Positions 29,262 through 39,953 of a stretch of 64,000 bases of DNA are shown here, one piece after another. The position numbers and the translations under genes are program-made. Source of the DNA: an uncultured Thiotrichaceae bacterium. GTDB taxonomy: Bacteria; Pseudomonadota; Gammaproteobacteria; SZUA-229. The stretch spans positions 299 to 64,298 of the forward strand of contig CAZFUY010000002.1 in the NCBI GenBank assembly GCA_964522445.1, in the 5' to 3' direction. Every line of letters begins with the position of its first letter. The first letter of the stretch is position 1. Below the pieces are notes generated by a model. It was not told the origin of the DNA and ran no database searches. It worked only from the letters and a program-made list of their open reading frames with translations.

Positions 29262-29651
29262 TTATTCCGCTTTTTTATAAGTAAAACTTTCTGTTGCTAA
29301 AACATTACCACCTTCATCAACAACAGAAACCTGCCATTCACCTGTCCACGCTGGCATTAGATTTTTACTTGACCATACTCGCCAGCGATTTGCTTTCACA
29401 GCAAATGACACTTCAGCCATAACTTTATCGTTATACTCCCAGCGATGAATCATGGTTAAACCATCCATGCCTGTTATCTCTGTAAAGAAATATATTTTTG
29501 AACTATCTGTTGTTAACTCTTTAATTTGATCAACAGGTTCTTTCTCTTCAATAGCTGATGTAAATGCTGAACGAGTCACACCATCATCCGCATTAGCTGA
29601 AAACCCGATCATGAGCAGAACACTTACCAATAATAACTTTAAGTTTCTCAT
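29262..29651 (-). CDS. Secreted DUF2914-like protein
   Basis: Signal peptide, then EPVDQ ... IYFFTEITGM ... IHRWEY ... RWRVWSSK ... GEWQVSVVD pattern. Confidence 0.6.
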   Translation of the reverse strand: MRNLKLLLVSVLLMIGFSANADDGVTRSAFTSAIEEKEPVDQIKELTTDSSKIYFFTEITGMDGLTMIHRWEYNDKVMAEVSFAVKANRWRVWSSKNLMPAWTGEWQVSVVDEGGNVLATESFTYKKAE

Positions 29652-29664
29652 TAATTTCGCCTCT

Positions 29665-30204
29665 CTATTTAATATTTAAATAATCATTCTTAAGATTTAC
29701 ATAATGCTTAGCTGAATAAGGTAAAAATTCTTTTTCTTTTTCAGTTAATGCACGTACCTTACGTGCCGGCGAACCTAAATATAAATAACCACCTTCAAGT
29801 TCTTTGCCCGGAGATACCACACTACCTGCCCCTACTATAGTTCCTTTTTTAATAACTGCACCATCCAGTACAACAGAACCCATACCAATCAGGCATAAGT
29901 CTTCTACTGTACAGGCATGAAGCACTGCGTTATGTCCAATAGTCACATCACTGCCTATTGTTAAACTAAAACCACCCGGGCTTAATGGGCCATCATGAGT
30001 AACATGCAAAATACTGCCGTCCTGAATATTTGTTCGCTCACCAATACGAATAGTGTTTACATCACCACGAATCGCAACCATTGGCCACACTGATGAATCT
30101 TTACCAATTACTACATCACCAATAACACATGCGGCTTCATCAACATAAACTAAATCCATTATTGTTGGCGCAATATTTTTATAAGTTCTAATGTTATTAC
30201 CCAT
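29665..30204 (-). CDS. Gamma-carbonic-anhydrase-like hexapeptide-repeat protein (YrdA/PaaY family)
   Basis: Left-handed beta-helix repeats with SVWPMVAIRGDVNTIRIGERTNIQDGSILH. Confidence 0.8.
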   Translation of the reverse strand: MGNNIRTYKNIAPTIMDLVYVDEAACVIGDVVIGKDSSVWPMVAIRGDVNTIRIGERTNIQDGSILHVTHDGPLSPGGFSLTIGSDVTIGHNAVLHACTVEDLCLIGMGSVVLDGAVIKKGTIVGAGSVVSPGKELEGGYLYLGSPARKVRALTEKEKEFLPYSAKHYVNLKNDYLNIK

Positions 30205-30220
30205 AAAAATTTCCAGTCAT

Positions 30221-31576
30221 TTATCTCATAGTAACCAGTTCTTCAGAACTGGTGGGGTGAATCGCGATAGTATCATCAAAATCTTTTTTGGTTGCACCCA
30301 TACGCATAGCCACCGCAAAACCCTGTAACATTTCATCAGAACCCGGACCAATAATATGGCAGCCAACCACTTTTTCCTGTGGCCCAATACAAACCAGCTT
30401 CATAGCTGTTTGCACATTATGTTTTGTCATTGAGTTATACATGGCGGTAAACATAGTTTGATATGTTTTAACTGAATTACCGTGTTCATTTCTGGCTTCT
30501 TCTTCAGTCAGACCAACCGTACCAATGGGTGGATGAGAAAATACAACCGTGGGAATTAATTTATAATCGAGATAACGATCTTTCTGGTTATTATATAAGC
30601 GATCACCCAAACGACGAGCTGCCGCTATCGCAACCGGCGTCAATGGCGCACGCCCGGTAACATCACCTAATGCAAAAATATTATCCACATTAGTTTTCTG
30701 AAATAAATCGGTTGGAATATATCCCTGATCATCAATTTTAATACCCGCAGCATCCAGCTTCATACCTTCAGTATTAGGTTCACGACCTATCGCCCAGATC
30801 AGCTGGTCAAAACCTTCATTGCGATGACCTTTCTCATCAATTAAAGTCAAGCTGCCATCGTCTTCTTTTTGTACTTCTGCAATTTGAGTGCGCGGAACAA
30901 TATCAATGCCATCATCCAGCATACCTTCTAATAAAGTCTCTCTTAACATGGCATCAAAACTGCGCAGCAAATGTTCTTTGCGCAAATACATACACACATC
31001 GGCTCCCAGACTATTTAAAACACCCGCCAGCTCTACCGCAATATAACCTGAGCCAATAATAGCCACCTGCTTTGGGCATTCTGTTAGTTCAAAAAAACCA
31101 TCCGATGTAATACCAAATTCAGCACCCGGAATATTAGGTATCACGGGTTTCGTTCCCGGTGCAACCATAATATGATTAGCACTATATTGAACACCATTAA
31201 CATCAATCGTGTGTTCATCAACAAAAAAAGCAAAACCTTTTATTTCATCAATATTCGAGTCCGCCAGATAATTGTGATACCAGTTATTAATGCCTGAAAT
31301 ATAATCTTCACGTTTAGTAACCAGATGCCCCCAGTCAAAGCCTTTATTTTCAACATCAAAACCATAGTCTTTGGCATCTTCAATTGAATGCGCCAGGTTC
31401 GCACCGAACCACATTATTTTCTTGGGCACGCAGCCTACATTCACGCAGGTGCCACCCATTTTTCCGGATTCAATCACGGCACATTTTGCACCATAAGCCG
31501 CAGCACGCTCTGCCACAGATAAACCACCACTACCACCGCCAATGGCAATCAAATCGTAATCATACTTATTTGTCAT
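30221..31576 (-). CDS. gor: Glutathione-disulfide reductase
   Basis: FAD motif IAIGGGSGG, redox-active [13 protein letters not shown], and the C-terminal HPTSSEE. Confidence 0.9.
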   Translation of the reverse strand: MTNKYDYDLIAIGGGSGGLSVAERAAAYGAKCAVIESGKMGGTCVNVGCVPKKIMWFGANLAHSIEDAKDYGFDVENKGFDWGHLVTKREDYISGINNWYHNYLADSNIDEIKGFAFFVDEHTIDVNGVQYSANHIMVAPGTKPVIPNIPGAEFGITSDGFFELTECPKQVAIIGSGYIAVELAGVLNSLGADVCMYLRKEHLLRSFDAMLRETLLEGMLDDGIDIVPRTQIAEVQKEDDGSLTLIDEKGHRNEGFDQLIWAIGREPNTEGMKLDAAGIKIDDQGYIPTDLFQKTNVDNIFALGDVTGRAPLTPVAIAAARRLGDRLYNNQKDRYLDYKLIPTVVFSHPPIGTVGLTEEEARNEHGNSVKTYQTMFTAMYNSMTKHNVQTAMKLVCIGPQEKVVGCHIIGPGSDEMLQGFAVAMRMGATKKDFDDTIAIHPTSSEELVTMR

Positions 31577-31666
31577 AAAAAACCCGAAAAGTTACTGTAT
31601 TTTGCTGAAAAGTTATCAGTCAGTTAATATAGCAGCCCTGTATAAATCTGAACACATGATATTTAT

Positions 31667-32581
31667 ATGTTGTTGACTAAAAAATTAAAATCACTAAGTA
31701 ACACACCCAGATATCAACATATTATCGATAGACTGGAACAATACGCCTGTCTTATTCGTCTGGATCGGCCTATCGGCGTATATCTATTGTTATGGCCGAC
31801 TCTGTGGGCATTATGGATTGCAGCAAAAGGCTGGCCTGATGCTTCTGTTTTATTTGTATTTGTAACGGGCGTATTTCTTATGCGCTCAGCAGGTTGCGCC
31901 ATTAATGATTTTGCAGATCGTGAAATTGACCCTCATGTTGAACGCACAAAAGACCGACCACTGGCCGCAGGCCGCATCACTGAAAAAGAAACACTCATTG
32001 TTTTTGCCAGCCTGACAATTACAGCTTTTGTACTGGTTTTGTTTATGAATGCTCTCACCATTTATATGTCATTTGTCGGCATAGCACTGGCAGCCAGCTA
32101 CCCTTTTATGAAGCGCTACCACTACATGCCACAAGTTCATCTCGGTGCGGCTTTTGGCTGGGCAGCACCTATGGCCTTCACTGCACAGGCCAATGAAATC
32201 ACCCCCGTTACCTGGCTATTATTTATGGCTACCGTTTTATGGGCGACCGCTTATGACACCATGTACGCCATGGCCGATATAAAAGACGATTTAAAAATTG
32301 GCGTTAAATCCACCGCCATTTTATTTGGTGAAGCAGACAAAATAATTATTGCCGCACTGCAGGTATTACTGATTTTAGATTTAATACTTATTGGCCGCCA
32401 GTCAGAATTAGGGCTGTATTATTATCTGGGTTTAAGCATTGCTACAGGTTTGGCTATTTACCAGCAATATTTAATTAAAGATCGTGTGCCTCAACTTTGT
32501 ATTAAGGCCTTTTTAAATAATAACTGGTTTGGACTGACTGTTTTTGTGGGCTTATTTATTGATTACTGGGTGAAGCAATAA
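31667..32581 (+). CDS. ubiA: 4-hydroxybenzoate polyprenyltransferase
   Basis: NDFADREID and [13 protein letters not shown], the Asp-rich UbiA motifs. Confidence 0.9.
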   Translation: MLLTKKLKSLSNTPRYQHIIDRLEQYACLIRLDRPIGVYLLLWPTLWALWIAAKGWPDASVLFVFVTGVFLMRSAGCAINDFADREIDPHVERTKDRPLAAGRITEKETLIVFASLTITAFVLVLFMNALTIYMSFVGIALAASYPFMKRYHYMPQVHLGAAFGWAAPMAFTAQANEITPVTWLLFMATVLWATAYDTMYAMADIKDDLKIGVKSTAILFGEADKIIIAALQVLLILDLILIGRQSELGLYYYLGLSIATGLAIYQQYLIKDRVPQLCIKAFLNNNWFGLTVFVGLFIDYWVKQ

Positions 32582-32607
32582 CACCTGCGTCCGCAGGAGA
32601 TTAATAT

Positions 32608-33255
32608 TTAAGGAACAACATAAAGCAAAATAGAAAAGTAATGAAAAGCACTTCCTGCCAACACAAACATATGCCATATCGCATGATTGTAAGCCAGTTT
32701 ATGCCAAACATAAAAAACAACGCCAAAGGTATAACTCAATCCACCCAGCAGCAATAAAACCATACCACCCGTTTCTACATGCTCCAGCATGGGCTGAATT
32801 GCAACAACCACAATCCAGCCTAAACCCAGATACAGAACAAGTGATAATCGTTTAAAACGTTTTAACTTTACAAATTCAAAAATCACACCCGCTATTGCAA
32901 TAGACCAGACGACTCCAAATAAAAGCCATCCCCATGAGCCGCGCAAACTCACTAATGTAAAAGGTGTATAAGTGCCTGCAATAAGTAAATAAATAGCCGC
33001 ATGATCAAACTGGCGTAAAATCTTTTTAGTATGTAGATCTGAAGCTGAATGATATAAAGTGGAAGTGGTATAAAGCAGAACCATGGATACGCCATAGATG
33101 CTCGTGCTGACAATATGCCAGATATCACCATTTAAATCTGAATAGGTAACAAGCACTACCAGACCGATGATACTTAACACAAGCCCTAAACCATGCGTCA
33201 GCGCATGTGCTATTTCTTCATTAGCGGTATAACGTGATGATAAAACTTCTGTCAT
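32608..33255 (-). CDS. Hemolysin III / PAQR family membrane protein
   Basis: Seven TM helices with EEIAHALTHG, DHAAIYLLIAGTYTP and HAIWHMFVLAGSAFHY. Confidence 0.85.
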   Translation of the reverse strand: MTEVLSSRYTANEEIAHALTHGLGLVLSIIGLVVLVTYSDLNGDIWHIVSTSIYGVSMVLLYTTSTLYHSASDLHTKKILRQFDHAAIYLLIAGTYTPFTLVSLRGSWGWLLFGVVWSIAIAGVIFEFVKLKRFKRLSLVLYLGLGWIVVVAIQPMLEHVETGGMVLLLLGGLSYTFGVVFYVWHKLAYNHAIWHMFVLAGSAFHYFSILLYVVP

Positions 33256-33308
33256 AATTTATCTCTTAACTATTTAACTCATGCTTAACAGGCATTTAAA
33301 TTTATTTT

Positions 33309-34007
33309 CTAAACAGGCTTTTCCACACGAGCAAGACTCCATACATCAACCCTTTCTACACCCTGTCGCTTAATAGCTTTTGCCAGTTCAGCCATTGTTG
33401 AACCTGTTGTTATGACATCATCAAACAACACAACATAATGATATTTATGGGTGTTTTCAAATGCAAATGCATTCTTAATATTTTTTCTTCGATGACTGGC
33501 ATTTAAATCTGTTTGTGCTGAGGTACAGGTTTGCCGAAAGCAGCTTTTCACATCTACTGGTATAGCCAGTTTTTTCGCCAATGGTTTTACCAGTTCCAGC
33601 GCCTGATTAAATCCTCTCTCTTTTATTCTTCTGGCATGCAGCGGCACTGGAATAATACAATCTGGCCTGTGCTCCAAATCAGGAAGGTAAGGCATTGCCA
33701 GACTACTCATTATTTTTGCGAAGTTTAATTTACCATTAAATTTAAGCTGGTGAATCATCCACTCTAGCGGCTGCACATAAATAAATGCACTCCATGCAGC
33801 ATCATATTCAGGCGCTTTCTGTAAACACTGACCACAGTAAAGGCTTTGACTGGACTTAGAAAGAGGCAAAGCACAGCGAAGACAGGCTGAATTATTTATT
33901 TGAAAATCAGCGACACAGTTGTGGCACAGATCCCTGTTTACATCACTGCTTAACCCACATAATACGCAATTTGCAGGATAAATTTGCTGAACAATCCCTT
34001 TTATCAC
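33309..34007 (-). CDS. comF: ComF family protein (phosphoribosyltransferase-like, N-terminal Cys4)
   Basis: CVLCG ... CHNC ... CLRC ... CGQC zinc-ribbon pairs and the PRTase motif [13 protein letters not shown]. Confidence 0.8.
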   Translation of the reverse strand: MIKGIVQQIYPANCVLCGLSSDVNRDLCHNCVADFQINNSACLRCALPLSKSSQSLYCGQCLQKAPEYDAAWSAFIYVQPLEWMIHQLKFNGKLNFAKIMSSLAMPYLPDLEHRPDCIIPVPLHARRIKERGFNQALELVKPLAKKLAIPVDVKSCFRQTCTSAQTDLNASHRRKNIKNAFAFENTHKYHYVVLFDDVITTGSTMAELAKAIKRQGVERVDVWSLARVEKPV

Positions 34008-34062
34008 TGGCTTCCCTGTCAGTTCATTTAGAAAGTCTGTATTATTACTGCCCCTAATCCAA

Positions 34063-35076
34063 ATGCAAGATATTTATCGCATGACTCAACAAAGCACTCG
34101 ACACGACTGGTCTCTGAATGAAATTTCAGATTTATTTAACCTGCCCTTTAATGACCTATTATTTAAGGCACATTCTATTCATCGAGAAAATTTCGATGCC
34201 AATGAAGTGCAAATCAGCTCATTGTTGAGCATCAAAACCGGGGCATGCTCTGAGGACTGCGGCTATTGTTCTCAAAGCGCACACAATAAAACAGACATCG
34301 AACGTGAACGCTTACTGCCTGTTGATGAAGTCATAGAAAAAGCTAAAACAGCTAAATCTAATGGCTCTACCCGCTTTTGCATGGGAGCAGCCTGGCGCAA
34401 TCCCACAGATAAAAATCTGGAAAAAGTTATTGAAATGATCCGTGAGGTAAAAAACCTGGGCATGGAAACCTGTGTCACGCTGGGTATGCTAACGGATCAA
34501 CAAAGTGCACGTTTAAAAGAGGCCGGTCTTGATTATTACAATCACAACCTCGATACCTCACCCGAATTTTACGGCAATGTAATTACCACTCGCACCTTTC
34601 AGGATCGTCTGGACACACTCAATCATATTCGCGATTCTGGCATCAATATATGCAGCGGCGGTATTCTGGGCATGGGCGAAACCAGCACTGATCGGGCCTC
34701 TATGCTGCAACAACTGGCCAATTTAAATCCTCATCCTGAAAGTGTTCCTATTAATATGCTGGTACAGATTGAAGGCACGCCTTTATATGGCGCTGATAAA
34801 ATCGATACGATCGAGTTTATTAAATCCATCGCCGTTGCACGTATTGTGATGCCTGAATCTCAGGTGCGTTTATCCGCAGGTCGCCATGAAATGACTGATG
34901 AAATGCAGGCCATGTGTTTTTTTGCCGGTGCTAATTCTATTTTCTACGGTGAAAAACTACTGACCACAGATAATTGCGAAACTAATGATGACCTGGTTTT
35001 ATTTAAACGCCTGGGTATTCATGCGTCAGTAATTGAAGATAATGCAGAATTTAAGGCGACTGCCTGTTCATCTTGA
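34063..35076 (+). CDS. bioB: Biotin synthase
   Basis: Radical [33 protein letters not shown]. Confidence 0.95.
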   Translation: MQDIYRMTQQSTRHDWSLNEISDLFNLPFNDLLFKAHSIHRENFDANEVQISSLLSIKTGACSEDCGYCSQSAHNKTDIERERLLPVDEVIEKAKTAKSNGSTRFCMGAAWRNPTDKNLEKVIEMIREVKNLGMETCVTLGMLTDQQSARLKEAGLDYYNHNLDTSPEFYGNVITTRTFQDRLDTLNHIRDSGINICSGGILGMGETSTDRASMLQQLANLNPHPESVPINMLVQIEGTPLYGADKIDTIEFIKSIAVARIVMPESQVRLSAGRHEMTDEMQAMCFFAGANSIFYGEKLLTTDNCETNDDLVLFKRLGIHASVIEDNAEFKATACSS

Positions 35077-35095
35077 AATAATAAAAAATAATCAA

Positions 35096-35167
35096 CACTG
35101 AGGCGCAGAGGATTTTATAAATTAATGTTTATTAACTCTATAGCCTCTGTGCCGCCGCATCTCTGTG
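35096..35167. repeat. 72-bp inverted-repeat element in the bioB-bioF spacer (CACAGAGG-motif family)
   Basis: CACTGAGGCGCAGAGG (35096-35111) pairs with CCTCTGTGCC...CTCTGTG (35144-35167). Confidence 0.6.
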
Positions 35168-35186
35168 TCAAAAATCTATAATCCAC

Positions 35187-36353
35187 ATGAAAAATCTGCA
35201 CACAGAACTTCAACAACGCAAACAGGATGGCTTATATCGCAGCCGTCGAGTTATAGAATCTGCTCAGGGCGCTGAAGTTATTATTGATGACAGGAAATTA
35301 CTCAGTTTTTGCAGCAATGATTACCTTGGCCTTGCCAACCACCCAGATATTCGCAAAGCCTTTATTAAAGGTGCAGAAAAATACGGCGTTGGCAGTGGCG
35401 CAGCTCATCTGGTTAGCGGCCACAGCAAAGCCCATCATGCACTTGAAGAAGAGCTGGCCGAATTCACTGGTTATCCCCGCGCTTTATTATTCTCAACCGG
35501 CTATATGGCCAATCTGGGTGTTGCCCAGGCATTATGTCAACGTGGTGATGCCATCTTTGAAGATCGCCTGAATCACGCCTCTTTACTGGATGCAGGCTTA
35601 TTAAGTGGCGCACGAATTCAGCGTTATAAGCATAACGATACAAATTCACTACAGGATAAACTTTCTGCCAGCAGCAAAAATGAGAAGCTGGTTATGACAG
35701 ATGCCGTATTCAGTATGGATGGAGACATAGCCCCCATTGCAGATATCGCTACCTGCTGCAAAAAACATAATGCCTGGTTTATGCTCGATGATGCCCATGG
35801 TTTTGGTGTTTTAGGTGAACAGGGCAAAGGTAGCCTGCAGTACCTAAATATTTCTACCGAACAGATCCCCATCTATATGGCCACACTCGGTAAAGCCTTT
35901 GGCACAGCAGGGGCTTTTGTCGCAGGCTCTGACGACCTTATCGAATACCTGATTCAACATGCTAAAACCTACGTCTACACCACAGCCTCACCACCCGCCA
36001 TAGCAGAAGCCACACGAGCCAGTTTAAAAATCGTGCAACAGGAAAGCTGGCGCAGAGAGCACTTGCAGCAACTTATTCAACAGTTCAGAGCGGGTGCAGA
36101 ACAAATGGGATTACAGCTAATGGATTCCAGCACCCCAATTCAACCCATATTAATAGGTGATAGCCGGCAAGCCATTGAGCTAAGCCAGAAATTACAGGAT
36201 CAGAATATCCTCATCACAGCTATTCGACCTCCTACCGTTCCAGATAATACGGCTCGGCTACGCATTACCTTCTCTGCAACACATACAGAACAGCATGTTG
36301 AACAATTACTTAATGCACTGCTTAACATCACGACACAGAGCACCCCTGATTAA
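35187..36353 (+). CDS. bioF: 8-amino-7-oxononanoate synthase
   Basis: NDYLGL and FSMDGD. The PLP-Lys context is ATLGKAFG. Confidence 0.9.
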   Translation: MKNLHTELQQRKQDGLYRSRRVIESAQGAEVIIDDRKLLSFCSNDYLGLANHPDIRKAFIKGAEKYGVGSGAAHLVSGHSKAHHALEEELAEFTGYPRALLFSTGYMANLGVAQALCQRGDAIFEDRLNHASLLDAGLLSGARIQRYKHNDTNSLQDKLSASSKNEKLVMTDAVFSMDGDIAPIADIATCCKKHNAWFMLDDAHGFGVLGEQGKGSLQYLNISTEQIPIYMATLGKAFGTAGAFVAGSDDLIEYLIQHAKTYVYTTASPPAIAEATRASLKIVQQESWRREHLQQLIQQFRAGAEQMGLQLMDSSTPIQPILIGDSRQAIELSQKLQDQNILITAIRPPTVPDNTARLRITFSATHTEQHVEQLLNALLNITTQSTPD

Positions 36354-36412
36354 GTCTTTAGCTATTCCTTCTGATATACTAAGTCAACGCTAATACTTAA
36401 ATATACAAACTC

Positions 36413-37795
36413 ATGACTGATATAATTTTCGACCTGGATCTAATTAAACGCTACGATAAATCAGGGCCTCGTTACACATCCTATCCCACCGCTGTACAAT
36501 TCTCTGATAATTACACAGAGGCCGATTACCTGCGCCATGCTGAAATTTCTAATAACAGCGGCAAAGAATTATCACTGTATTTTCATCTACCTTTCTGCGA
36601 CACCATTTGTTACTACTGCGCATGCAATAAAGTCATTACCAAAGACCGCAACAAAGCCATTCCTTATTTGCAGCAGCTGCATAAAGAAATTGAAATGCAG
36701 GGAAAATTATTTGATAAAAACCGCAAAGTAAATCAACTGCACTGGGGCGGTGGCACACCCACTTTTATTAGCCATGATCAAATGCGCGAACTCATGGATG
36801 TTACCCGAAAACATTTTAATCTTCATGATGACGATCAGGGCGAATACTCTATTGAAATCGATCCACGTGAAGTCACCACAGAAAGCATTAAACTATTGCG
36901 CGATATTGGTTTTAATCGAATGAGTTTAGGCGTACAGGATTTTAATCCCACCGTGCAAAAAGCCGTCAACCGCATTCAATCTGAAGAGCAGACACTGGGC
37001 GCATTAAATGCAGCACGTGAAACAGGCTTTAAATCAATTAGCGTGGATTTAATTTATGGTCTGCCATTGCAAACAGTTGAAAGTTTTTCTGTCACATTAG
37101 ATCGCATTATTGAAATTAATCCTGATCGTATTTCAATATTTAATTACGCACATTTACCCGAACTATTTAAACCACAAAGACGCATAAACAATGATGAAAT
37201 GCCTGTGGCAAGGGTAAAGCTGGATATTCTAAAAATGTCTATCGAGCGTTTAACTGAGGCAGGTTATGTTTATATCGGCATGGATCACTTTGCCAAACCC
37301 GATGATGAACTCACCATTGCCCAGAAAAACGGCAAGTTATATAGAAACTTCCAGGGCTATGCCACTCACGCTGACTGCGACCTGATTGGTTTAGGTATTA
37401 CATCGATTGGCACAGTTGGCCGGAGTTTTGCGCAAAACGTCAAAACACTGGATGAATATGCAGAACGCATTGATGGCGGAAAACTGGCTATTTTTCGTGG
37501 TGTCGAAATTGACGACGATGACATTATTCGACGCGATGCAATTATGCAGTTAATTTGCCATTTTCATTTGAATTTTGAGCAATTTAATAGTACAAATAAT
37601 GTCAGCTTCAAAACTTATTTTGCAGACGAGCTAAAGAAACTACAGCCGATGCACGATGATGGACTTATTGAACTAACAGATACTGACATTACCGTAACAG
37701 CCAAAGGCCGTTTATTAATACGTAATATATGTATGGTGTTTGATCGTTACCTTAAAAATCCACAGGACAAACAACGCTTTTCAAAAGCTATATGA
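36413..37795 (+). CDS. hemN: Oxygen-independent coproporphyrinogen III oxidase
   Basis: YGPRYTSYPTA, radical SAM CDTICYYC, GGGTPTF, HemN_C tail. Confidence 0.95.
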   Translation: MTDIIFDLDLIKRYDKSGPRYTSYPTAVQFSDNYTEADYLRHAEISNNSGKELSLYFHLPFCDTICYYCACNKVITKDRNKAIPYLQQLHKEIEMQGKLFDKNRKVNQLHWGGGTPTFISHDQMRELMDVTRKHFNLHDDDQGEYSIEIDPREVTTESIKLLRDIGFNRMSLGVQDFNPTVQKAVNRIQSEEQTLGALNAARETGFKSISVDLIYGLPLQTVESFSVTLDRIIEINPDRISIFNYAHLPELFKPQRRINNDEMPVARVKLDILKMSIERLTEAGYVYIGMDHFAKPDDELTIAQKNGKLYRNFQGYATHADCDLIGLGITSIGTVGRSFAQNVKTLDEYAERIDGGKLAIFRGVEIDDDDIIRRDAIMQLICHFHLNFEQFNSTNNVSFKTYFADELKKLQPMHDDGLIELTDTDITVTAKGRLLIRNICMVFDRYLKNPQDKQRFSKAI

Positions 37796-37825
37796 TTTAA
37801 CAGGCAAATCTAAAGAGAAAAATAT

Positions 37826-38287
37826 ATGCCCTCTAAAATACTAAAAGAGTTTCTTGATAATAATGACATAAAGTATGTCTCTATTATGCACTCACTGGCA
37901 TTTACCTCTGTTGATATTGCCAAAAGCGCACACGTTCCAAGTAAGGAAATGGCAAAAACAGTTATTATTAAAATTGATAACGAATTAGCCATGGCTGTTG
38001 TACCTGCAAATATAAAAGTTAATTTACAATTACTTCAGCAGGCGCTAGATTTAGATAATATTGAATTAGCAAGCGAACAGGAATTCACCAAACTTTTTTC
38101 AGATTGCGAAGTTGGAGCCATGCCACCTTTTGGTAACTTATATAATATGGATGTATATGTTGCAGAAAATTTAACTGTAGACAAACAAATCACATTTAAT
38201 GCAGGCTCTCATCTTGAGGTAATTCAAATGGATTACAAAGATTTTGAAGCATTAGTTAAACCACAATTTATTATGTTGGCATCATGA
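37826..38287 (+). CDS. YbaK/aminoacyl-tRNA-deacylase-associated domain protein
   Basis: KTVIIKIDNELAMAVVPAN ... GAMPPFGNLY ... ITFNAGSH pattern. Confidence 0.7.
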   Translation: MPSKILKEFLDNNDIKYVSIMHSLAFTSVDIAKSAHVPSKEMAKTVIIKIDNELAMAVVPANIKVNLQLLQQALDLDNIELASEQEFTKLFSDCEVGAMPPFGNLYNMDVYVAENLTVDKQITFNAGSHLEVIQMDYKDFEALVKPQFIMLAS

Positions 38288-38469
38288 ATAAACGAAATAG
38301 ACGCGACCAGAAACGTGACGACCCTAATCGTCTTAAACGCACCTACAATGTAAATAACTTATGGTATTTTGAACTTCGTGGCGGAGGACAGCAGGGGCCT
38401 TTTGATTCCGAAGAGGAAATGAAACAGGCATTAGACGAATTTATTAAGTTACATCATGAATTCAGTTAA
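38284..38469 (+). CDS. Small conserved protein, paralogue 1 (WYFELRGGGQQGPF core; family I recall as DUF6316)
   Basis: The ATG overlaps the stop of the YbaK-like gene (ATGA). The core is shared with the ORF at 38586-38786. Confidence 0.55.
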   Translation: MNKRNRRDQKRDDPNRLKRTYNVNNLWYFELRGGGQQGPFDSEEEMKQALDEFIKLHHEFS

Positions 38470-38517
38470 AAAAATAAACCTGTCACCCAAACAGGTCATC
38501 CACTTGTCCTGATCTGC

Positions 38518-38546
38518 TTGCAAATCATTTTTTTCCTGACTATTAT
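38518..38546 (+). promoter_or_regulatory. Candidate sigma70 promoter for paralogue 2
   Basis: TTGCAA (38518-38523), a 17-nt spacer, then TATTAT (38541-38546). A hairpin ACCTGT-N7-ACAGGT lies just upstream. Confidence 0.35.
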
Positions 38547-38585
38547 AAAAATATACTTCCATTAAATGAAGAAAAGGACTGCATC

Positions 38586-38786
38586 ATGGATAAACATCGA
38601 GCTGGTGAAACCTCTACTATTCCCTTTCGAAATGAACGTTATTTCTGCATGAATGGTGAATGGTTTTTTGAAACCCGTGGTGGTGGCCAACTAGGACCTT
38701 TTGAAGATAAACGGGAAATGGAAGCCGAGTTACTGTTCTTTATTAGAAAACAGGCTTTATCACAAAATGTCATTGTTAATAATTAA
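38586..38786 (+). CDS. Small conserved protein, paralogue 2 (WFFETRGGGQLGPF core)
   Basis: It shares W[YF]FE.RGGGQ.GPF...EM with the ORF at 38284-38469. Confidence 0.55.
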   Translation: MDKHRAGETSTIPFRNERYFCMNGEWFFETRGGGQLGPFEDKREMEAELLFFIRKQALSQNVIVNN

Positions 38787-39112
38787 TCTCTAAATTCTGA
38801 AACTCTGATACGTCCATTTACCATTCTGGATTCGCGTTTCATTATTTTTTCCATTTTGCCCCAGAATGCCTGCTTTAAATCAAAGTCCTGGGCAATAGCT
38901 GTTCCCATAATCAATATCAATAAATCAGCACACTCTTCTGCAAGCAATTCCTTAGATTTCCCCTTACTGACACAGGCTGAAATTTCACCAAGCTCTTCTG
39001 CCATTAAAGCAATACGGTAAGTCATTTCCTCACCCCCGGTATTTTTAAAATCATGCTTATCATGAAAAGCCTGTACTCTAGCCAGCATATCTTTATACGA
39101 ATCTTTATTCAT
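38783..39112 (-). CDS. MazG-like nucleotide pyrophosphohydrolase
   Basis: MAEELGEISACV ... LAEECADLLILIMG is the EExxE / ExxD helix pair. Confidence 0.7.
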   Translation of the reverse strand: MNKDSYKDMLARVQAFHDKHDFKNTGGEEMTYRIALMAEELGEISACVSKGKSKELLAEECADLLILIMGTAIAQDFDLKQAFWGKMEKIMKRESRMVNGRIRVSEFRD

Positions 39113-39155
39113 AACACAACAACCTGTTAACCAAAATTATACTCTCACCAAATAA

Positions 39156-39953
39156 TTATACTTTTTTTAATAACTGGTCAAACCGCAACCTGTGACGCTC
39201 ATCAAATAATCTTTTTGAAATTAACCACAACACAGATATAACACCAAAACCTGTACCTGCAGAAATTAAAAACATAATCATAATCTGGTATTTCACTGCT
39301 TCAACGGGAGGCGCACCGGCTAAAATCTGGCCGGTCATCATCCCCGGCAAACTCACCAACCCCGCCGCTGCCATTGAATTAATAATTGGAATCATACCAG
39401 CACGCATACTTTCTCTGCGAATATCTGTTATTGCCTGCACGCTGGTTTCTCCTAACATTAAACGCTGCTCAATAATAACCCGTTGCTGCCAGGATGTTTG
39501 CAATAGCCTGTCCATTCCCAGTGCAATGCCCGTCATGGTATTCCCCAATAACATACCTAATAACGGCACAGCATATTGTGGATGATACCAGGGGTCAGCC
39601 TGAATAATAGTTGCCAACGCTAATATTGTTACCAGAAAAGATGAAACAAATAATGAGCTGGTGCTAATACCAAAACCCCACCAGCCTTTTAGTTTTCGAT
39701 GTTGCCGCGAAAGAATTTCCCAGCCAGCAACCGATAACATCACTATTGTAATTAACAAAATCCAGAATATATTTGTCGTTGCAAATAAAGATTTTAAAAC
39801 CAGACCAATTAATAATAACTGAACGGTTGTTCTTAATGCTGCAATCAATAACTGGCCTGATATATTTAATTGCATACGCCAGCTTAAAACCGCAAGTATT
39901 AAAACTAAAATAGAGGCGAGAGATAAATCAAATAAAGATAATGTTATTAACAT
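39156..39953 (-). CDS. fetB: Iron export ABC transporter permease FetB (UPF0014/YbbM)
   Basis: Polytopic membrane protein, overlapping and paired with a FetA-like ATPase. Confidence 0.75.
   Translation of the reverse strand: MLITLSLFDLSLASILVLILAVLSWRMQLNISGQLLIAALRTTVQLLLIGLVLKSLFATTNIFWILLITIVMLSVAGWEILSRQHRKLKGWWGFGISTSSLFVSSFLVTILALATIIQADPWYHPQYAVPLLGMLLGNTMTGIALGMDRLLQTSWQQRVIIEQRLMLGETSVQAITDIRRESMRAGMIPIINSMAAAGLVSLPGMMTGQILAGAPPVEAVKYQIMIMFLISAGTGFGVISVLWLISKRLFDERHRLRFDQLLKKV

Noticed and set aside
36354-36412. FNR/ANR box (TTGAT-N4-ATCAA) expected upstream of hemN
   Set aside because: The nearest candidate, CTGATATACTAAGTCAA, has the wrong spacing, so there is no acceptable match.
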